A stretch of 64,000 bases of DNA from the IMG/VR virus record IMGVR_UViG_3300037089_000656, positions 1,980-65,979 of that record. One strand, given 5' to 3'. Under the pieces are notes generated by a model. The model saw only the letters and a list, made by a program, of their open reading frames with translations. It was not told where the DNA came from and did not search any database. Positions 29,019 to 41,171 of the stretch are shown in pieces. This DNA is from a virus. Its lineage: Duplodnaviria > Caudoviricetes. How positions within the stretch are numbered: the stretch's first letter is position 1; every line of letters starts with the position of its first letter. A program made the position numbers and the translations under genes.

Positions 29019-32000
29019 ATGTCTGAGACTTATAATGGTCAATATGCCCCTGAATTATTTAATGAAGATAAGAGATACTATCTTTTACAAGCTCAAGAGT
29101 TAGCCAACCTTACCGACGCCGAGCTTAGAGACCTTCATCACATATCAAACACATTCAATCGGAGATTTATCCAGGCTCAGGTTGGGGACAGTGCTATTGA
29201 CAATGCATTTAAGATTGTCCAGAATCCTTTAGATAGCGTAAATAATTTTAGGGTTACGGGTGGAGATGGTACTACTCCTGCAGTGATGCACCTTGAAGGT
29301 TTTCGTCTGTATTTAAATGGTAATATTGCTTACAAAGACCAGACGAGTACAGGACCTTTAACTCGAGATGGCTATACAAAAACCACTTTGCCTGCGTTGA
29401 CTGTTCCGAATGGTCCTACATATACCATTACTGATTTAAATTTTCAAACCCCTACTCTTGCCCTTACGAATTTAAGTACTACTTCTCCTTTCTTTTCTTC
29501 TCAAGATTATGGTCGAAATTGGTTGAGTTCAGATGCCTCGACAAACAGTCTTTATGGTGTTTCATTTTTTGATTCGAATAATGGATATGCCGCAGGATCT
29601 AGTGGGGCGGTGCTCCAGACAACTGACGCAGGATTAAATTGGACTCCAGTGACTACAGGCCCTGTTACTAGTTTGAATTTTTTAGATACTGATTTTATAT
29701 CTAATTATGGTTGGGTTGTAGGAGAATCAGGAACAATTCGAGGTTATAATTTAAGTTGGTTTACGGCTACTCCTGTAACTACTTCTGATTTAAGTGGCGT
29801 AACGATTATTGATCAGTTTAATTCCTGGGCTGTTGGATCTTCTGGTGTAATATTAAATTGTGACGATGGAATTAACTGGTTTCAGCAAGCGAGTCCTGTT
29901 GGAACCGGAGATCTTGCCCGAGTTTTTGCTTTAAATGCTAATCTTGTTTTTGCTGTTGGTGATAATGGCGTAGTAGTAAAAACTGTGGATGGTGGAAATA
30001 ATTGGTATTTCCCAGGCCCTACAGGTACTAACGTAGATTTACATGACATCTTTTTTGCTGATGTTCATAAAGGTTGGGCTGTAGGTTCTAATGGTGTTAT
30101 AATTCAGACAGATAATGCAGGTACCACTTGGTTTGATAGTACGATCGCTCCAGGAGTGGACCTAAATGCTGTTATATTTAAAGATACAACAGGGTTTGTA
30201 GGTGGAACGAATGGTGCTATATATAGAACACTTGATGGGACAAATTGGGAGCCTTACCGTACTGACTATGTTTATGTAGATTTTCATCTCGGTGAAGTAT
30301 CAGCTGATACCAGCAGCGAGTACCGTGATCCTGCTTTACTTGATATAGTTGTAGGGTCTCCAAGTGCTAATCGGCTTCGCATTGTCTCCGATATTAAAGT
30401 ATCTGAAGGTTTCCCGAATCCTTCTGATTATTCTCCTGATGGGACAGTTCAGAATCTCACACTTAATATAGCAAAGTTATTAAGACCTGTTGGTCAGTCG
30501 AATATTTTGTCGACAATGATTACAGATACTCGAAAAGTGGTTCGAACTATTTCTGAAATTGATGCCTTGTTTTCTTCTGGTGGAATTGATAGTTCGGCTA
30601 TTGCTGATGGTGCTGTAACGCCTTCAAAGCTTGATATTACGGCTGATTATACTGTGGGCAGCTTGCAGGTTATTAATGATGCAGAGATCCATGGGGATTT
30701 GACCGTAGATGGTGAACTCTTTGTTACAAATATGTCGGCAAGTTTGATTGTTGAGAATCTATTAGTAGATGGGAATTCTCAACTTGGTGATTCTACTGCC
30801 CCTTATGAAGATAGTGTTAAAATTTATGGTAGTGTGAATCATTACCATGACACTACAACACCTGCATACAGCATTGTAGTTGATTCTACCTCGAAAGATG
30901 CTCCTGTTTTTAATATAACTTCGACTGGTACTGGAAGCATTTTCCATATTGAACGTAATTCCTTGGATTCTACTAAGTTTTTGTTTGATGTTACAAACTT
31001 AGGAAAAAGTTATGATTTTAGTATAAATCATCTTGGGACTGAAGGTGGAATATTTAAAATTCGAGATGATGCTAGTCGAGATTCTATCATTATCACTAAG
31101 AATGCTCCAGGATTCCTTGGTTCAGTTTTAAATATTCAAAGTAATAGCGTAAGTCCTTTATTTAATCTTTTTAATCAGGCTTCTTCTCCTTCTGTTACGA
31201 TAAGTGTAGATCAAACCTCAGGAACAATGGTTCGGTTAAATACTAGTTCTGATGCCTCTGGAGTGGTTATTACCTCTCAGGGAGTTGGAAGAGATTTAGT
31301 AATTAATCATCAAGGAACTGCAGGCATTCCTATTGATGTATCCAGTTCAAGTCTTCAAGGATCTGTAAACATTGTTAATACTGCAGGACCTGCTGTTACG
31401 ATTTTCCAAAATGGTGCAAGCCCAGCCTTGTCTGTTAATAAAGACAGGACAGGTCTCTTAGGTGTCGCTCTTGAAGTTTTTAATTGGGGTGATGATGTAG
31501 GGTTAGGGGTTTATAATACAGGTTCAGGAGTTGCTCAGTTAATCTCTCATGTGGGTGACAGCGTTGTTGTTGGTCATGATACAACTAATCCAGGATTAGA
31601 TATTTTTGTAGGCGGGACCGAGACAGGTCCTGCTCTTCGAATAAATAAAGCTAATGATAATTCTGGTGAGGTGGTACGGTTAATAAATCAGGGGTTAAGT
31701 GAATCCTTATTTATTACTCATGACAGAACCGATTCCTCAGCTTCGATGATTAGATTGGATAATAAATCATCGGGTTATGATGTAAGTTCAAATTATTGGT
31801 GGATAGATAATAAAGGAAATTTCTTCACTCTTGGTGATGTTTCTACTTCATTAGTTGCTTTTGATACAACTCATTATTTTAGTGCCCAGAAAATATGGCT
31901 CGATTATACTGGTTTTGATTCTTCAAATCCTGGCATTGCAGGACAAGCCTTTATAGAATCAGGGTTTTTAAGAATAAGTGATGGTAGTGCAACATTACCT

Positions 32001-34451
32001 CCAATTGCTGGAGCTACGGGAGCGACAGGACCTACGGGAGCGTCTGGAACCAGTGGCATTACAGGAGTTCAAGGTTACACTGGAGTATCGGGATCAAAAG
32101 GATCTACTGGAGTAGGATTTATTGGTTCAACAGGAGTTCAAGGTCCTTCGGGTTCAACAGGAGTTCAAGGAATTATAGGAATTCCAGGCCCTGGCGGCTC
32201 AACAGGAGTTCAAGGTGCAGGATCAACTGGATTACGTGGAACAACAGGATTGCAAGGACCAACTGGACTTATGGGCCCTACAGGAGTTCAGGGCTTAACA
32301 GGACCAGCAGGTGCAGGATATACTGGAGTTCAAGGTGGTACGGGACTCTTTGGTCCAACAGGAGTTCAGGGCTTAACTGGAGTCCAAGGGCTTGGACTTA
32401 CTGGACTTCAAGGAATAACGGGAGTACAAGGTACAGTAGGTTTAACTGGAGCCCAGGGTGCAGGTTTTACAGGGGTTCAAGGACCAGTAGGTTCGCAAGG
32501 AGTTACAGGTCCAGCAGGTGCAGGTTTTACAGGAGTTCAAGGCATCGATGGTGTAACTGGCCCTCAAGGTGCAGGTTTTACTGGATTACAGGGATTGACT
32601 GGAGTTCGTGGATTACAGGGCATACCAGGAGTAGGTCTTCAGGGTGTAACTGGCCCTCAAGGTTTAGGGTCAACAGGAGTCCAAGGAACATCTGGTATAC
32701 AGGGATCCACAGGAGTTGGTACGGAAGGTCAGACTGGTGTTCAGGGAATTCAAGGCCGAACTGGAGTCCAAGGATCTCAAGGAGCCCCGGGTATAGGTAT
32801 TCAAGGATCAACTGGAGTTCAAGGTTTAGGAGCCACAGGAGTTCAGGGATTAACTGGATCTCAGGGAGCCACAGGAACAGGTAGTGGAGGAGTTTCTTAT
32901 GCGGACTTACTTCCTTTAGGATTGCCTACTGATGGGACATTTACTATCGGTATATTCCCTTTTGATGCTAGCACTATAACAACAGATGCAATAGATGATC
33001 TTAATGGCCTTTTATTGGCAATTGCTCCTGCTGCTCCAGGGCCCCTTGCTGGAAGTTTGACTTTAGTAGGGGTTACGAAATACAGTGCTCTTCTTCCTAC
33101 AGGTTTATCTTCAGCGCTTTGGTATCAAGGTGGGGCAACGCCTGGAACCTTGATTTTTGATTACGTTGTAGGTAACTCTTATCAACTTATAACTCCAAAT
33201 TTAGGAACCACTTTTAAATGTGGGAGTACTTTTGGTGGAGATGTTGGAACACTATCCCATATTGATGATGGTACTGTAAGTTTTTCACGCTTATTAAGTT
33301 CTGGTACGGGAGCAACTGGAGATCTTCAAGTTACTTCGATTAATGTTTATAATTCTATATGGCATAAAGCTAATGCTCAGATTTTATATACTCAAACTAC
33401 TCCTGGTTATGAAACTCATTCGTTAAAATATACGGTAGGAGCTTCCGTGCAACAAACTTCTGATTCCTTATTTTGGTATGATAATAGTGACCTTGCTCCA
33501 ACTTTCCCAGTACCATTAGTGGTTGCACAGAATTTTATATCAAGTTCTCGTTATGTGTCGGGAGTTAGATATTACTCTACTGGAGATCTATTTAATTTCG
33601 GTGCTCAAATAAATAATTTAGCAAATCAGGCCATTAGACCTGCAAATCCAGTCTCTTATTCGATGCCAGGATTAAATAATGTCGATCTTACGATAAATGG
33701 AGCATCATTTGCCTACAATCAGACTTATCTCCTGGATCAATCGAGTATAGCTCTTAATGCTTCTAACGTTTACAGTATAAATGCAAGAGCCACAGTAATT
33801 GGACGTAAGCCAGATGGTGATACTTCCTCTAATGTGTCGCTCGCAGTGAATCGTTTGATAAATACTTATAGTACGACATATAGCACTAATGGAAATATTA
33901 CGATGTTTGATGAGAACTACCGTTTCCCATTATCTACTGATTTCTCATTGATTCCTGGAGCACTGACAGGAAACTGGACAAGTTCAACTCCATTATCGAA
34001 TGGTGATGCATTACTTTTTAACTCTGTATGGGCTTATCCTTCGATCAATTTTACAACAGGTTATTTACCTGTCCAGGTAGGAAATGATTATTCTGCTTTT
34101 TCAGGGGATCAAACAGTTGTATGGGGAGTCAATATTGGTCTTGGCTTTTCGAATATGCAAATTGCCTTTACAGGAATGAATTATACGAATATTTCTCCCG
34201 ATAACACGGGAAATTTAAATGTTGATGTAAGGCTTCCAACTGCGACTGGCTGGCTTGATGGTGGTCGTGCTTTTGGGAGTGTTTTTGGAGATAGTACTGG
34301 TTGTCAGCTTGGAAGTTCTTCCGGAAGTACTTTACAATTAACTTTCGGGACCAGTTCTTCTTCTTACTCGTCTGGAGTAGTTTTTGTACGGGTCGTATTG
34401 AAAAATGGATCTGCTGCTCAGGCTTCTCAAATGGTTATAACGGGATTTTAA
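29019..34451 (+). CDS. tail/baseplate fibre protein: N-terminal anchor with YCF48/BNR propeller, beta-rich region, collagen-like region, C-terminal domain
   Basis: BNR repeats ([28 protein letters not shown]); Gly-X-Y at ~32010-32880. Confidence 0.75.
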   Translation: MSETYNGQYAPELFNEDKRYYLLQAQELANLTDAELRDLHHISNTFNRRFIQAQVGDSAIDNAFKIVQNPLDSVNNFRVTGGDGTTPAVMHLEGFRLYLNGNIAYKDQTSTGPLTRDGYTKTTLPALTVPNGPTYTITDLNFQTPTLALTNLSTTSPFFSSQDYGRNWLSSDASTNSLYGVSFFDSNNGYAAGSSGAVLQTTDAGLNWTPVTTGPVTSLNFLDTDFISNYGWVVGESGTIRGYNLSWFTATPVTTSDLSGVTIIDQFNSWAVGSSGVILNCDDGINWFQQASPVGTGDLARVFALNANLVFAVGDNGVVVKTVDGGNNWYFPGPTGTNVDLHDIFFADVHKGWAVGSNGVIIQTDNAGTTWFDSTIAPGVDLNAVIFKDTTGFVGGTNGAIYRTLDGTNWEPYRTDYVYVDFHLGEVSADTSSEYRDPALLDIVVGSPSANRLRIVSDIKVSEGFPNPSDYSPDGTVQNLTLNIAKLLRPVGQSNILSTMITDTRKVVRTISEIDALFSSGGIDSSAIADGAVTPSKLDITADYTVGSLQVINDAEIHGDLTVDGELFVTNMSASLIVENLLVDGNSQLGDSTAPYEDSVKIYGSVNHYHDTTTPAYSIVVDSTSKDAPVFNITSTGTGSIFHIERNSLDSTKFLFDVTNLGKSYDFSINHLGTEGGIFKIRDDASRDSIIITKNAPGFLGSVLNIQSNSVSPLFNLFNQASSPSVTISVDQTSGTMVRLNTSSDASGVVITSQGVGRDLVINHQGTAGIPIDVSSSSLQGSVNIVNTAGPAVTIFQNGASPALSVNKDRTGLLGVALEVFNWGDDVGLGVYNTGSGVAQLISHVGDSVVVGHDTTNPGLDIFVGGTETGPALRINKANDNSGEVVRLINQGLSESLFITHDRTDSSASMIRLDNKSSGYDVSSNYWWIDNKGNFFTLGDVSTSLVAFDTTHYFSAQKIWLDYTGFDSSNPGIAGQAFIESGFLRISDGSATLPPIAGATGATGPTGASGTSGITGVQGYTGVSGSKGSTGVGFIGSTGVQGPSGSTGVQGIIGIPGPGGSTGVQGAGSTGLRGTTGLQGPTGLMGPTGVQGLTGPAGAGYTGVQGGTGLFGPTGVQGLTGVQGLGLTGLQGITGVQGTVGLTGAQGAGFTGVQGPVGSQGVTGPAGAGFTGVQGIDGVTGPQGAGFTGLQGLTGVRGLQGIPGVGLQGVTGPQGLGSTGVQGTSGIQGSTGVGTEGQTGVQGIQGRTGVQGSQGAPGIGIQGSTGVQGLGATGVQGLTGSQGATGTGSGGVSYADLLPLGLPTDGTFTIGIFPFDASTITTDAIDDLNGLLLAIAPAAPGPLAGSLTLVGVTKYSALLPTGLSSALWYQGGATPGTLIFDYVVGNSYQLITPNLGTTFKCGSTFGGDVGTLSHIDDGTVSFSRLLSSGTGATGDLQVTSINVYNSIWHKANAQILYTQTTPGYETHSLKYTVGASVQQTSDSLFWYDNSDLAPTFPVPLVVAQNFISSSRYVSGVRYYSTGDLFNFGAQINNLANQAIRPANPVSYSMPGLNNVDLTINGASFAYNQTYLLDQSSIALNASNVYSINARATVIGRKPDGDTSSNVSLAVNRLINTYSTTYSTNGNITMFDENYRFPLSTDFSLIPGALTGNWTSSTPLSNGDALLFNSVWAYPSINFTTGYLPVQVGNDYSAFSGDQTVVWGVNIGLGFSNMQIAFTGMNYTNISPDNTGNLNVDVRLPTATGWLDGGRAFGSVFGDSTGCQLGSSSGSTLQLTFGTSSSSYSSGVVFVRVVLKNGSAAQASQMVITGF

Positions 34452-34466
34452 AGGAGCGTTGTTACT

Positions 34467-37400
34467 ATGCCATGGACTAAAGAAGATAGGTCATTTAAGA
34501 CCTTAATAAATAAGCGAACTACTTCATCCAATAAAGCCTACTATAGTGAGATTGGGGATAATACTCTTAATCTTAGCTTTGGTGAGGTATGGACGACTCC
34601 TATACCTAGTGACCCGTCTCAAGCGGTATCTCAAGGTGTGGCAGAGCTGAGAACCTTATTTGTCATGACTGAGGATATTACTGTCCCAAACCAACAAGCA
34701 TATTACGCTTTTTCTGGCGTTAATCTTGAAGGATGGGTTAGTGACAAGTATGGGTCTGGTTATGCTGTTCATCTTTATCAGAATAATGGTACCGAGATAT
34801 TTCCTACTGACGCCTCTCAGTGGTTTTTTGATTATCAGACAGGGATACTGACTTTTAATGGGAGTACCGCAGCACTTTCAAAACCTTTTAAGATAACAGG
34901 GTATCGTTATCTTGGAAATAAAGGTGTTATACGTATTAGTGATATGACGTCTGTGACACCTAATCAGGTGTTATATGGGTCTCCTGCTGGAACTTTAGCT
35001 CAGTCCTCTAAATTTACTTATGATGGGACCTCCTTTAATCTTTCAGGTGTTGACGGAACCATTAGTTTTAATGCTTCTAGCCCCCTTATGGTAAATGTAG
35101 CAGGCAATCTTGTTGCTGTAGTAAAAGCTTATAGCACATCTCCTTTTTTCTCTGGAGGATTTACAGCATATAATGATTTGACTTCAAATCCTGCACAGAT
35201 ATCTATTATATCAAGAGGGTCCACAATGTCTGGGACTTATTTTGGTTTTAATAATCCTAATGTGGTAGCACTTACTGCATCCTATTCTTCTCATTTCATA
35301 ATTGGAACAAATAATTATACTCCTATTAGTTTTGGTTATGATAGCACTATAGTTTCTCAATTAGATAGTACTAGATTAACTGTTTATGGGGATATCGACG
35401 CGACGACTGGAAAAGGGTTTACTATTGGAGGATCTGCTCCTGTCGGTCATATTCTTATTGGAGATGGAACAAGATACGTAGATGGTACGAATAATGCTGC
35501 CATATCAGGTTTGACTCCAAATCAATTTCTTTATGGGTCACCTACAGGAACTATTGCTCAGGATCCAAATTTCGTTGTGAGTGATGGTACTGGTGTGTCA
35601 TTTGCTAAGACTGCAGTAATAGGTGATACTTCTAATGGTATGAGTTCTACTATTACTCCGACACCGTACATTGATTTCTCGGCCAATACGGGTACACAAT
35701 ACACTATAGCAAATACTTGGTGGGCATTTCAGTTTACAACTCCTTCGTCTCCCGCTAATTACACCCTGAGTGGAGCTCAGATTCAACTTTACGCTTCTGC
35801 TTCTTCTGGGTGTACTAATCCAAATATATCATGGCATGGTAATATTTACACAGATAATGCTGGCAGTCCTGGGTCGTTACTCGCTACCATACCTAATGGA
35901 ACTGGGTTAGCAGGTATTCCTTTTGGTTGGGTTTTTAATACTATCTCATCGCTTCCTGTAGTAAATAAATTAGAGTCCTTTGGAGCTAAGTTATATGCGA
36001 ACACTACTTATTGGCTCGTATTTAATGCTTCTCAATTACCTGCAGGAGTAACCCATTATTTGGATACTACTTCAAGTACTAATGGGGGTGCTGTTTCTAA
36101 TGATGGTATTAATTGGTCGCCTATAAATTACTCTTTAAGCATGGTTTTATATGGGGCCACTGGATATGCTTTTTTAGGTACTGCACGATACACTAATTAC
36201 GCTTTATACGGAATAAGTTATTCGGGAACAGGTGTAAATGGCGGCTCTATTGCCAGTGTTGGTGTGAACGCAACTAGTATAGCTAGTACCGCTCTGGTTG
36301 GTTATTCTCAATATGGTTATGGTGCATATCTTCATAGCTTATGGTCTAAAGGTACCAGTATATTAACTGCCAATGGTCCTGGAGCGACTATATATCAATC
36401 AGGTGGAACTGTAGATAATGCTAATGATGTTTTATGGGTCGAGAGAAGCGTCAATAGCCATAATAATAGCGGTAATTTAATAGTTGTGTATGATTACCCA
36501 AATGGGGGTATTAACTCAGGTGCAATTTTATCAGCTAAACTTGGTACTACAATAAATAATGTTGTTGAAAGAATCCGTTTTGACCCTCGTGCTTTAGATA
36601 GTTCAACCGTTAACTTTTTTGACACTTTTAATACACTTACTCTTCCTTCTTCTAAGTTGCTATCTTTAAGAAACCACGGAACAGAAAAACTTTACGTGGA
36701 TTGCTCTGGAAATCTTAGTAGTGCAAGTGTTATTGATACCTCGACAGGTTATACAATTGGACAAACCGCCCCTGTTGGTCATTACCTGCGAGGAGATGGC
36801 ATACATTATGTAGACAGTACATTAATGTCTAGTGATATGTCAGGATTGACTGCCAGTCAGCTTCTTTATGGTAATTCTTCTGGTGGAATAAAACAGAGTT
36901 CAATGTTTTATGTAACCGATGCTTCTCCGGTCGGTGGGGCGGTATATTCAAGTGGGTATGGATCTCAATCTGTAGGGTATTCTGCTAAAAATACCAATTC
37001 GGCCGGATATACTCTTGTTTCCCAATCCAATGATAGATCCACCGGTATTGTGTATCTAAATTCATCAGTTTATGGAAGTACCAGTGCCCTAACAGTTTTT
37101 GGGGGTTCCCATCCTGACAGTGCTACGATAAAAGCTTCCGGATCGAACCTGGCGGGCTTTCTTATTGGAACATCCGGTGCTGACATTCCTATAAACCTGT
37201 ATGTTAACGATAATTTACAGGCAACTCTGTCCTCTACAAATTTAACGGTAGCAGGTGGCATTGACACCTCCTCCGGATTTACGATCGGTATGGGAGCGCC
37301 TACCGGACATTTTTTAAGAGGTAATGGTACTCGGTATGTTGATGGTACCATTGCAGGCAGTGACTTATCTGGACTGACTACAAATCAAATACTTTACGGT

Positions 37401-40400
37401 AGTCCCTCAGGAGGTATAGCTCAATCTTCTTTACTGTCCTTAAGTCCTAATCAAACCAGTTTGTTATTTGCTAGAACAGTACCCCTTAATGATACCACAG
37501 CAGGAATTTCTTCGACTTTAAGCCCTACTCCTTACGTGGACATGTCTTCCAATTCAGGTACTGATTATACTTTAGCAAATACTTGGTGGGCATTTAAGTT
37601 TACAACTCCAGCAAGTCCAGCCACTCAAACTTTATCAGCCATAACCCTTGCTATAAAAACTTCTTCTGGAACTATAACCAATAAAGGGTCTGGCTGGAGT
37701 CCTTATATTTACACAGATAATTCTGGATTTCCTGGGACATTGAAAGGTGGTTCCCCTAACGGAAATTTAACCCCTAGAATTTATTATGGTTGGGTAATAA
37801 CTAGTTATCCTAATTTTCCAACATCTAGAATATCTGTTAATACTGGTACTCAGTTAGCTGCGAGCACCTCCTACTGGCTTGTGTTTAATGCAGCTTCTGG
37901 GTTGCCTCAAGGCGTTACTCATATAGTTGATACTACTGTAAGCACTAATGGTGGAGCTTTTTCTTCTGATGGAGTCAACTGGACAAATATAAATAATTCT
38001 TTGAGAATGGTTGTCTATGGCTCAATGGGTTCTGCTATTATAGGTAATTCAATGACAGGAATTGGAGTAAACGCTGCTGGTTATTACGGTAATGCTATTC
38101 AAGCTACTTCTTTCACTGGAAATGCCATATCTGCTACAAGTACGGAAGGTATAGGTTTAAACGTCTCATCTCAATATGGAACAGGTATTTCTGCTTCAAC
38201 TAATTATAATGGTTGGGCGGGTCAATTCATATCTACCGGTGGTGGAGCTATCGATGCTGAACAGTACAACCTTACAGGTAGTGCCTACGATTTGTTATCG
38301 ATGGAAAGAAGTTATTGTATTGATCAGACTCAAAGCATAATTGCTATGTATGAATACCATAACTCGGGTAAACAAGGTCCGATATTTTCGGCTTGGTCAG
38401 CCTTCTATTATTATGACATGGTGGAAAGGGTGCATTTTAATACCCATGTTGTGGATGGTTCTAGTTCCTCTGTAGCACATTGGTTTGATACAGATAACGT
38501 TTTAACAACTATGGGGAGTAAACTTTTCTCAATAAGGAATTCCAGTTCGGAAAAGTTTTACGTAGATTGTTCTGGAAATCTTAGTAGTGCAAGTGTTGTT
38601 GACGCTTCAACTGGTTATACTATTGGGCAAACGGCTCCTGCTGGACATTATCTACGAGGTAATGGCTCTTTTTATGTTGATGCAACGATACAGCTTTCAG
38701 ATCTTCCTATTGGAGCAGGAGGTACTGGTGTTCAAGGAACCACAGGAGTTTCTATACAAGGAGTAACAGGAGCAGATGGAGAAGAAGGGCCGCAAGGAAT
38801 ACAAGGATTTACAGGGGTTTTAGGAGTTCAGGGAGTGACGGGTCCCACTGTTGGCAATACTGGTCTTCAAGGACCAACAGGGGTTGTGGGAACTCAGGGC
38901 GTTACTGGTGCGGCTGGAGCAGGTTTCACAGGACTTCAGGGGATAACTGGAGTTCAAGGCGTAATGGGCGTTACTGGCCCTCAAGGAGCAGGTTTTACTG
39001 GATTACAGGGATTGACTGGAGTTCAAGGTATTGATGGAGTTACTGGAGTCCAAGGATTAGGCCTTACAGGAGTTCAAGGAAATACAGGAGTTCAAGGACA
39101 GACGGGTTTGCAAGGAATTGGTCAGGGTGGAGCAACACTCTTCCCAAATGATAGTACCAATTCTGATTTAACTTCTGCAGGTTATTCTGTACTACAGTCT
39201 AGCCCTACTTCATCAACCTTATCAACACATACTCTAACTCTTAATAGTGGTTCTGGATTAACTGCTTTTGATTCTACTGGGTATGCTACAATTTCCACCT
39301 TTCCTAATATTAACTTGATACCTGGTGGAGATTGGGGTTTTGATGTTTTTGCAGCAACAAGTAATACAGATGGTTCCTCTCAAGTTATAACTAAGATTTA
39401 TAAACGGGATACATCAGGCGTAGAATCATTTTTATTTGACGCTACCCAGTCGATTACGTCAAATACAACAGCAGAATTTGATTATGATATTGTTCAGCCA
39501 GATATTTCATTAAATCCCACGGATAGGTTGGTTGCTAAATATTACGGCTTCGTATCTGGAGGGGCAAATAGAACAATAGCGTATACAACTGGAGCAGCTA
39601 ATAGTTGGTCTCATATACACACTCCTATCGCTTTAACCATTCAAGGTCAAACAGGAATTCAAGGAGTGACAGGATTACAGGGACCTACTGGAGTTCAAGG
39701 TCAAACGGGAATTCAAGGATCCACAGGAGTCCAGGGTCAGACAGGATTACAGGGACCTACTGGAGTTCAAGGTCAAACGGGAATTCAAGGATCAACAGGA
39801 GTCCAGGGTCAGACAGGATTACAGGGACCTACTGGAGTCCAGGGTCAGACGGGACTTCAAGGATCAACAGGAGTCCAGGGTCAGACAGGATTACAGGGAC
39901 CTACTGGAGTCCAGGGTCAAACTGGTATTCAGGGATTAACTGGAGTCCAGGGTCAAACTGGTATTCAGGGATTAACTGGAGTTCAAGGTCAGACAGGATT
40001 ACAAGGTCCCACGGGAGTTCAAGGTCAGACAGGGCTACAAGGGCCCACAGGAGTCCAAGGTCAAACAGGGGTTCAAGGTCAGACAGGACTTCAAGGGCCA
40101 ACCGGAGTTCAAGGTCAGACAGGTCTTCAGGGAAGAACAGGAGTTCAAGGAACTACTGGGTTGCAAGGACCCACAGGAGTCCAAGGAAATACAGGAATTC
40201 AAGGATTAACGGGGGTTCAAGGAAATACAGGATTACAAGGTCCTACAGGAGTTCAAGGAACACAAGGAAATACGGGAGTTCAAGGAAATACAGGTTTGCA
40301 GGGACCGACAGGAGTTCAAGGTCAGACTGGTCTTAAAGGAGTAACAGGAGTTCAAGGAAATACAGGTCTTCAGGGACCCACCGGGGTACAGGGACAGACT

Positions 40401-41156
40401 GGTTTAAAGGGAGTTACTGGGGTTCAAGGTAATCAAGGAGCCACAGGAGCTCAGGCTGTTGGAGGTATAACAGGAACTTTGACCTCCGGTGACGTTGTTG
40501 TCGCTACAGGAACAAACACTGTTGGTGTTAGTACAATTTTAATGTCGGGGAGTACTTTTGAGAACTCAGTAAATATAGGAGGAAGTTGTGAGGTTTTAGC
40601 TTACAACCCTCATGATGATGGTTGGGCTTCAATAAAAGCTTCTACGGCAGGAGATAAAATTTTTGATATGCTCTCTTGTGGAGTTAATTACGACACCGAT
40701 TATGGTCACATATCTGGAGTTAACTCAAGTCTTTTGAATGATTTGTGGTCTTCTGGTTCAGCTCTTATGCTTGAACAGCAGGGCAATAACCCCATGTATC
40801 TTGTGACGCAAGGTAATACTCGTGTAGGAATTACTGGTGATGGGGCAGTTTATGTTCCAATTTGTTTAACCGTAGGTTTTCCTGGAACTTATGCAACTAC
40901 AGGTAATTTGATGGTTAAGGATAGAGTTACTTGTGGAGGCCATTTGAGAGTCGGGGATTCAACTGCGGATAATGCTAGTTATACATTTTCCGTAAATTTT
41001 CCTTCGGAAGATACACAGTGGGCTGATGCGACTGCTATACATGCTACAAGTTCGACTATTTCTGGAGCCTCAGGTTGGATTAAACTTTGGGTTAACCATC
41101 CTACTGATGGTTATGTTCAACGGTACATTCCAATGTTTAATACCGTAACAACCTAA
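34467..41156 (+). CDS. 2229-aa tail fibre-like protein with internal duplication and collagen-like regions
   Basis: Duplicated ~620-aa module; Gly-X-Y at ~38720-39120 and ~39640-40455. Confidence 0.75.
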   Translation: MPWTKEDRSFKTLINKRTTSSNKAYYSEIGDNTLNLSFGEVWTTPIPSDPSQAVSQGVAELRTLFVMTEDITVPNQQAYYAFSGVNLEGWVSDKYGSGYAVHLYQNNGTEIFPTDASQWFFDYQTGILTFNGSTAALSKPFKITGYRYLGNKGVIRISDMTSVTPNQVLYGSPAGTLAQSSKFTYDGTSFNLSGVDGTISFNASSPLMVNVAGNLVAVVKAYSTSPFFSGGFTAYNDLTSNPAQISIISRGSTMSGTYFGFNNPNVVALTASYSSHFIIGTNNYTPISFGYDSTIVSQLDSTRLTVYGDIDATTGKGFTIGGSAPVGHILIGDGTRYVDGTNNAAISGLTPNQFLYGSPTGTIAQDPNFVVSDGTGVSFAKTAVIGDTSNGMSSTITPTPYIDFSANTGTQYTIANTWWAFQFTTPSSPANYTLSGAQIQLYASASSGCTNPNISWHGNIYTDNAGSPGSLLATIPNGTGLAGIPFGWVFNTISSLPVVNKLESFGAKLYANTTYWLVFNASQLPAGVTHYLDTTSSTNGGAVSNDGINWSPINYSLSMVLYGATGYAFLGTARYTNYALYGISYSGTGVNGGSIASVGVNATSIASTALVGYSQYGYGAYLHSLWSKGTSILTANGPGATIYQSGGTVDNANDVLWVERSVNSHNNSGNLIVVYDYPNGGINSGAILSAKLGTTINNVVERIRFDPRALDSSTVNFFDTFNTLTLPSSKLLSLRNHGTEKLYVDCSGNLSSASVIDTSTGYTIGQTAPVGHYLRGDGIHYVDSTLMSSDMSGLTASQLLYGNSSGGIKQSSMFYVTDASPVGGAVYSSGYGSQSVGYSAKNTNSAGYTLVSQSNDRSTGIVYLNSSVYGSTSALTVFGGSHPDSATIKASGSNLAGFLIGTSGADIPINLYVNDNLQATLSSTNLTVAGGIDTSSGFTIGMGAPTGHFLRGNGTRYVDGTIAGSDLSGLTTNQILYGSPSGGIAQSSLLSLSPNQTSLLFARTVPLNDTTAGISSTLSPTPYVDMSSNSGTDYTLANTWWAFKFTTPASPATQTLSAITLAIKTSSGTITNKGSGWSPYIYTDNSGFPGTLKGGSPNGNLTPRIYYGWVITSYPNFPTSRISVNTGTQLAASTSYWLVFNAASGLPQGVTHIVDTTVSTNGGAFSSDGVNWTNINNSLRMVVYGSMGSAIIGNSMTGIGVNAAGYYGNAIQATSFTGNAISATSTEGIGLNVSSQYGTGISASTNYNGWAGQFISTGGGAIDAEQYNLTGSAYDLLSMERSYCIDQTQSIIAMYEYHNSGKQGPIFSAWSAFYYYDMVERVHFNTHVVDGSSSSVAHWFDTDNVLTTMGSKLFSIRNSSSEKFYVDCSGNLSSASVVDASTGYTIGQTAPAGHYLRGNGSFYVDATIQLSDLPIGAGGTGVQGTTGVSIQGVTGADGEEGPQGIQGFTGVLGVQGVTGPTVGNTGLQGPTGVVGTQGVTGAAGAGFTGLQGITGVQGVMGVTGPQGAGFTGLQGLTGVQGIDGVTGVQGLGLTGVQGNTGVQGQTGLQGIGQGGATLFPNDSTNSDLTSAGYSVLQSSPTSSTLSTHTLTLNSGSGLTAFDSTGYATISTFPNINLIPGGDWGFDVFAATSNTDGSSQVITKIYKRDTSGVESFLFDATQSITSNTTAEFDYDIVQPDISLNPTDRLVAKYYGFVSGGANRTIAYTTGAANSWSHIHTPIALTIQGQTGIQGVTGLQGPTGVQGQTGIQGSTGVQGQTGLQGPTGVQGQTGIQGSTGVQGQTGLQGPTGVQGQTGLQGSTGVQGQTGLQGPTGVQGQTGIQGLTGVQGQTGIQGLTGVQGQTGLQGPTGVQGQTGLQGPTGVQGQTGVQGQTGLQGPTGVQGQTGLQGRTGVQGTTGLQGPTGVQGNTGIQGLTGVQGNTGLQGPTGVQGTQGNTGVQGNTGLQGPTGVQGQTGLKGVTGVQGNTGLQGPTGVQGQTGLKGVTGVQGNQGATGAQAVGGITGTLTSGDVVVATGTNTVGVSTILMSGSTFENSVNIGGSCEVLAYNPHDDGWASIKASTAGDKIFDMLSCGVNYDTDYGHISGVNSSLLNDLWSSGSALMLEQQGNNPMYLVTQGNTRVGITGDGAVYVPICLTVGFPGTYATTGNLMVKDRVTCGGHLRVGDSTADNASYTFSVNFPSEDTQWADATAIHATSSTISGASGWIKLWVNHPTDGYVQRYIPMFNTVTT

Positions 41157-41171
41157 CGAAATAAATGGAGT

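Noticed and set aside
34950-38700. Diversity-generating retroelement TR/VR pair
   Set aside because: No reverse transcriptase in the window; the duplicated segments are both coding and differ at all base types.
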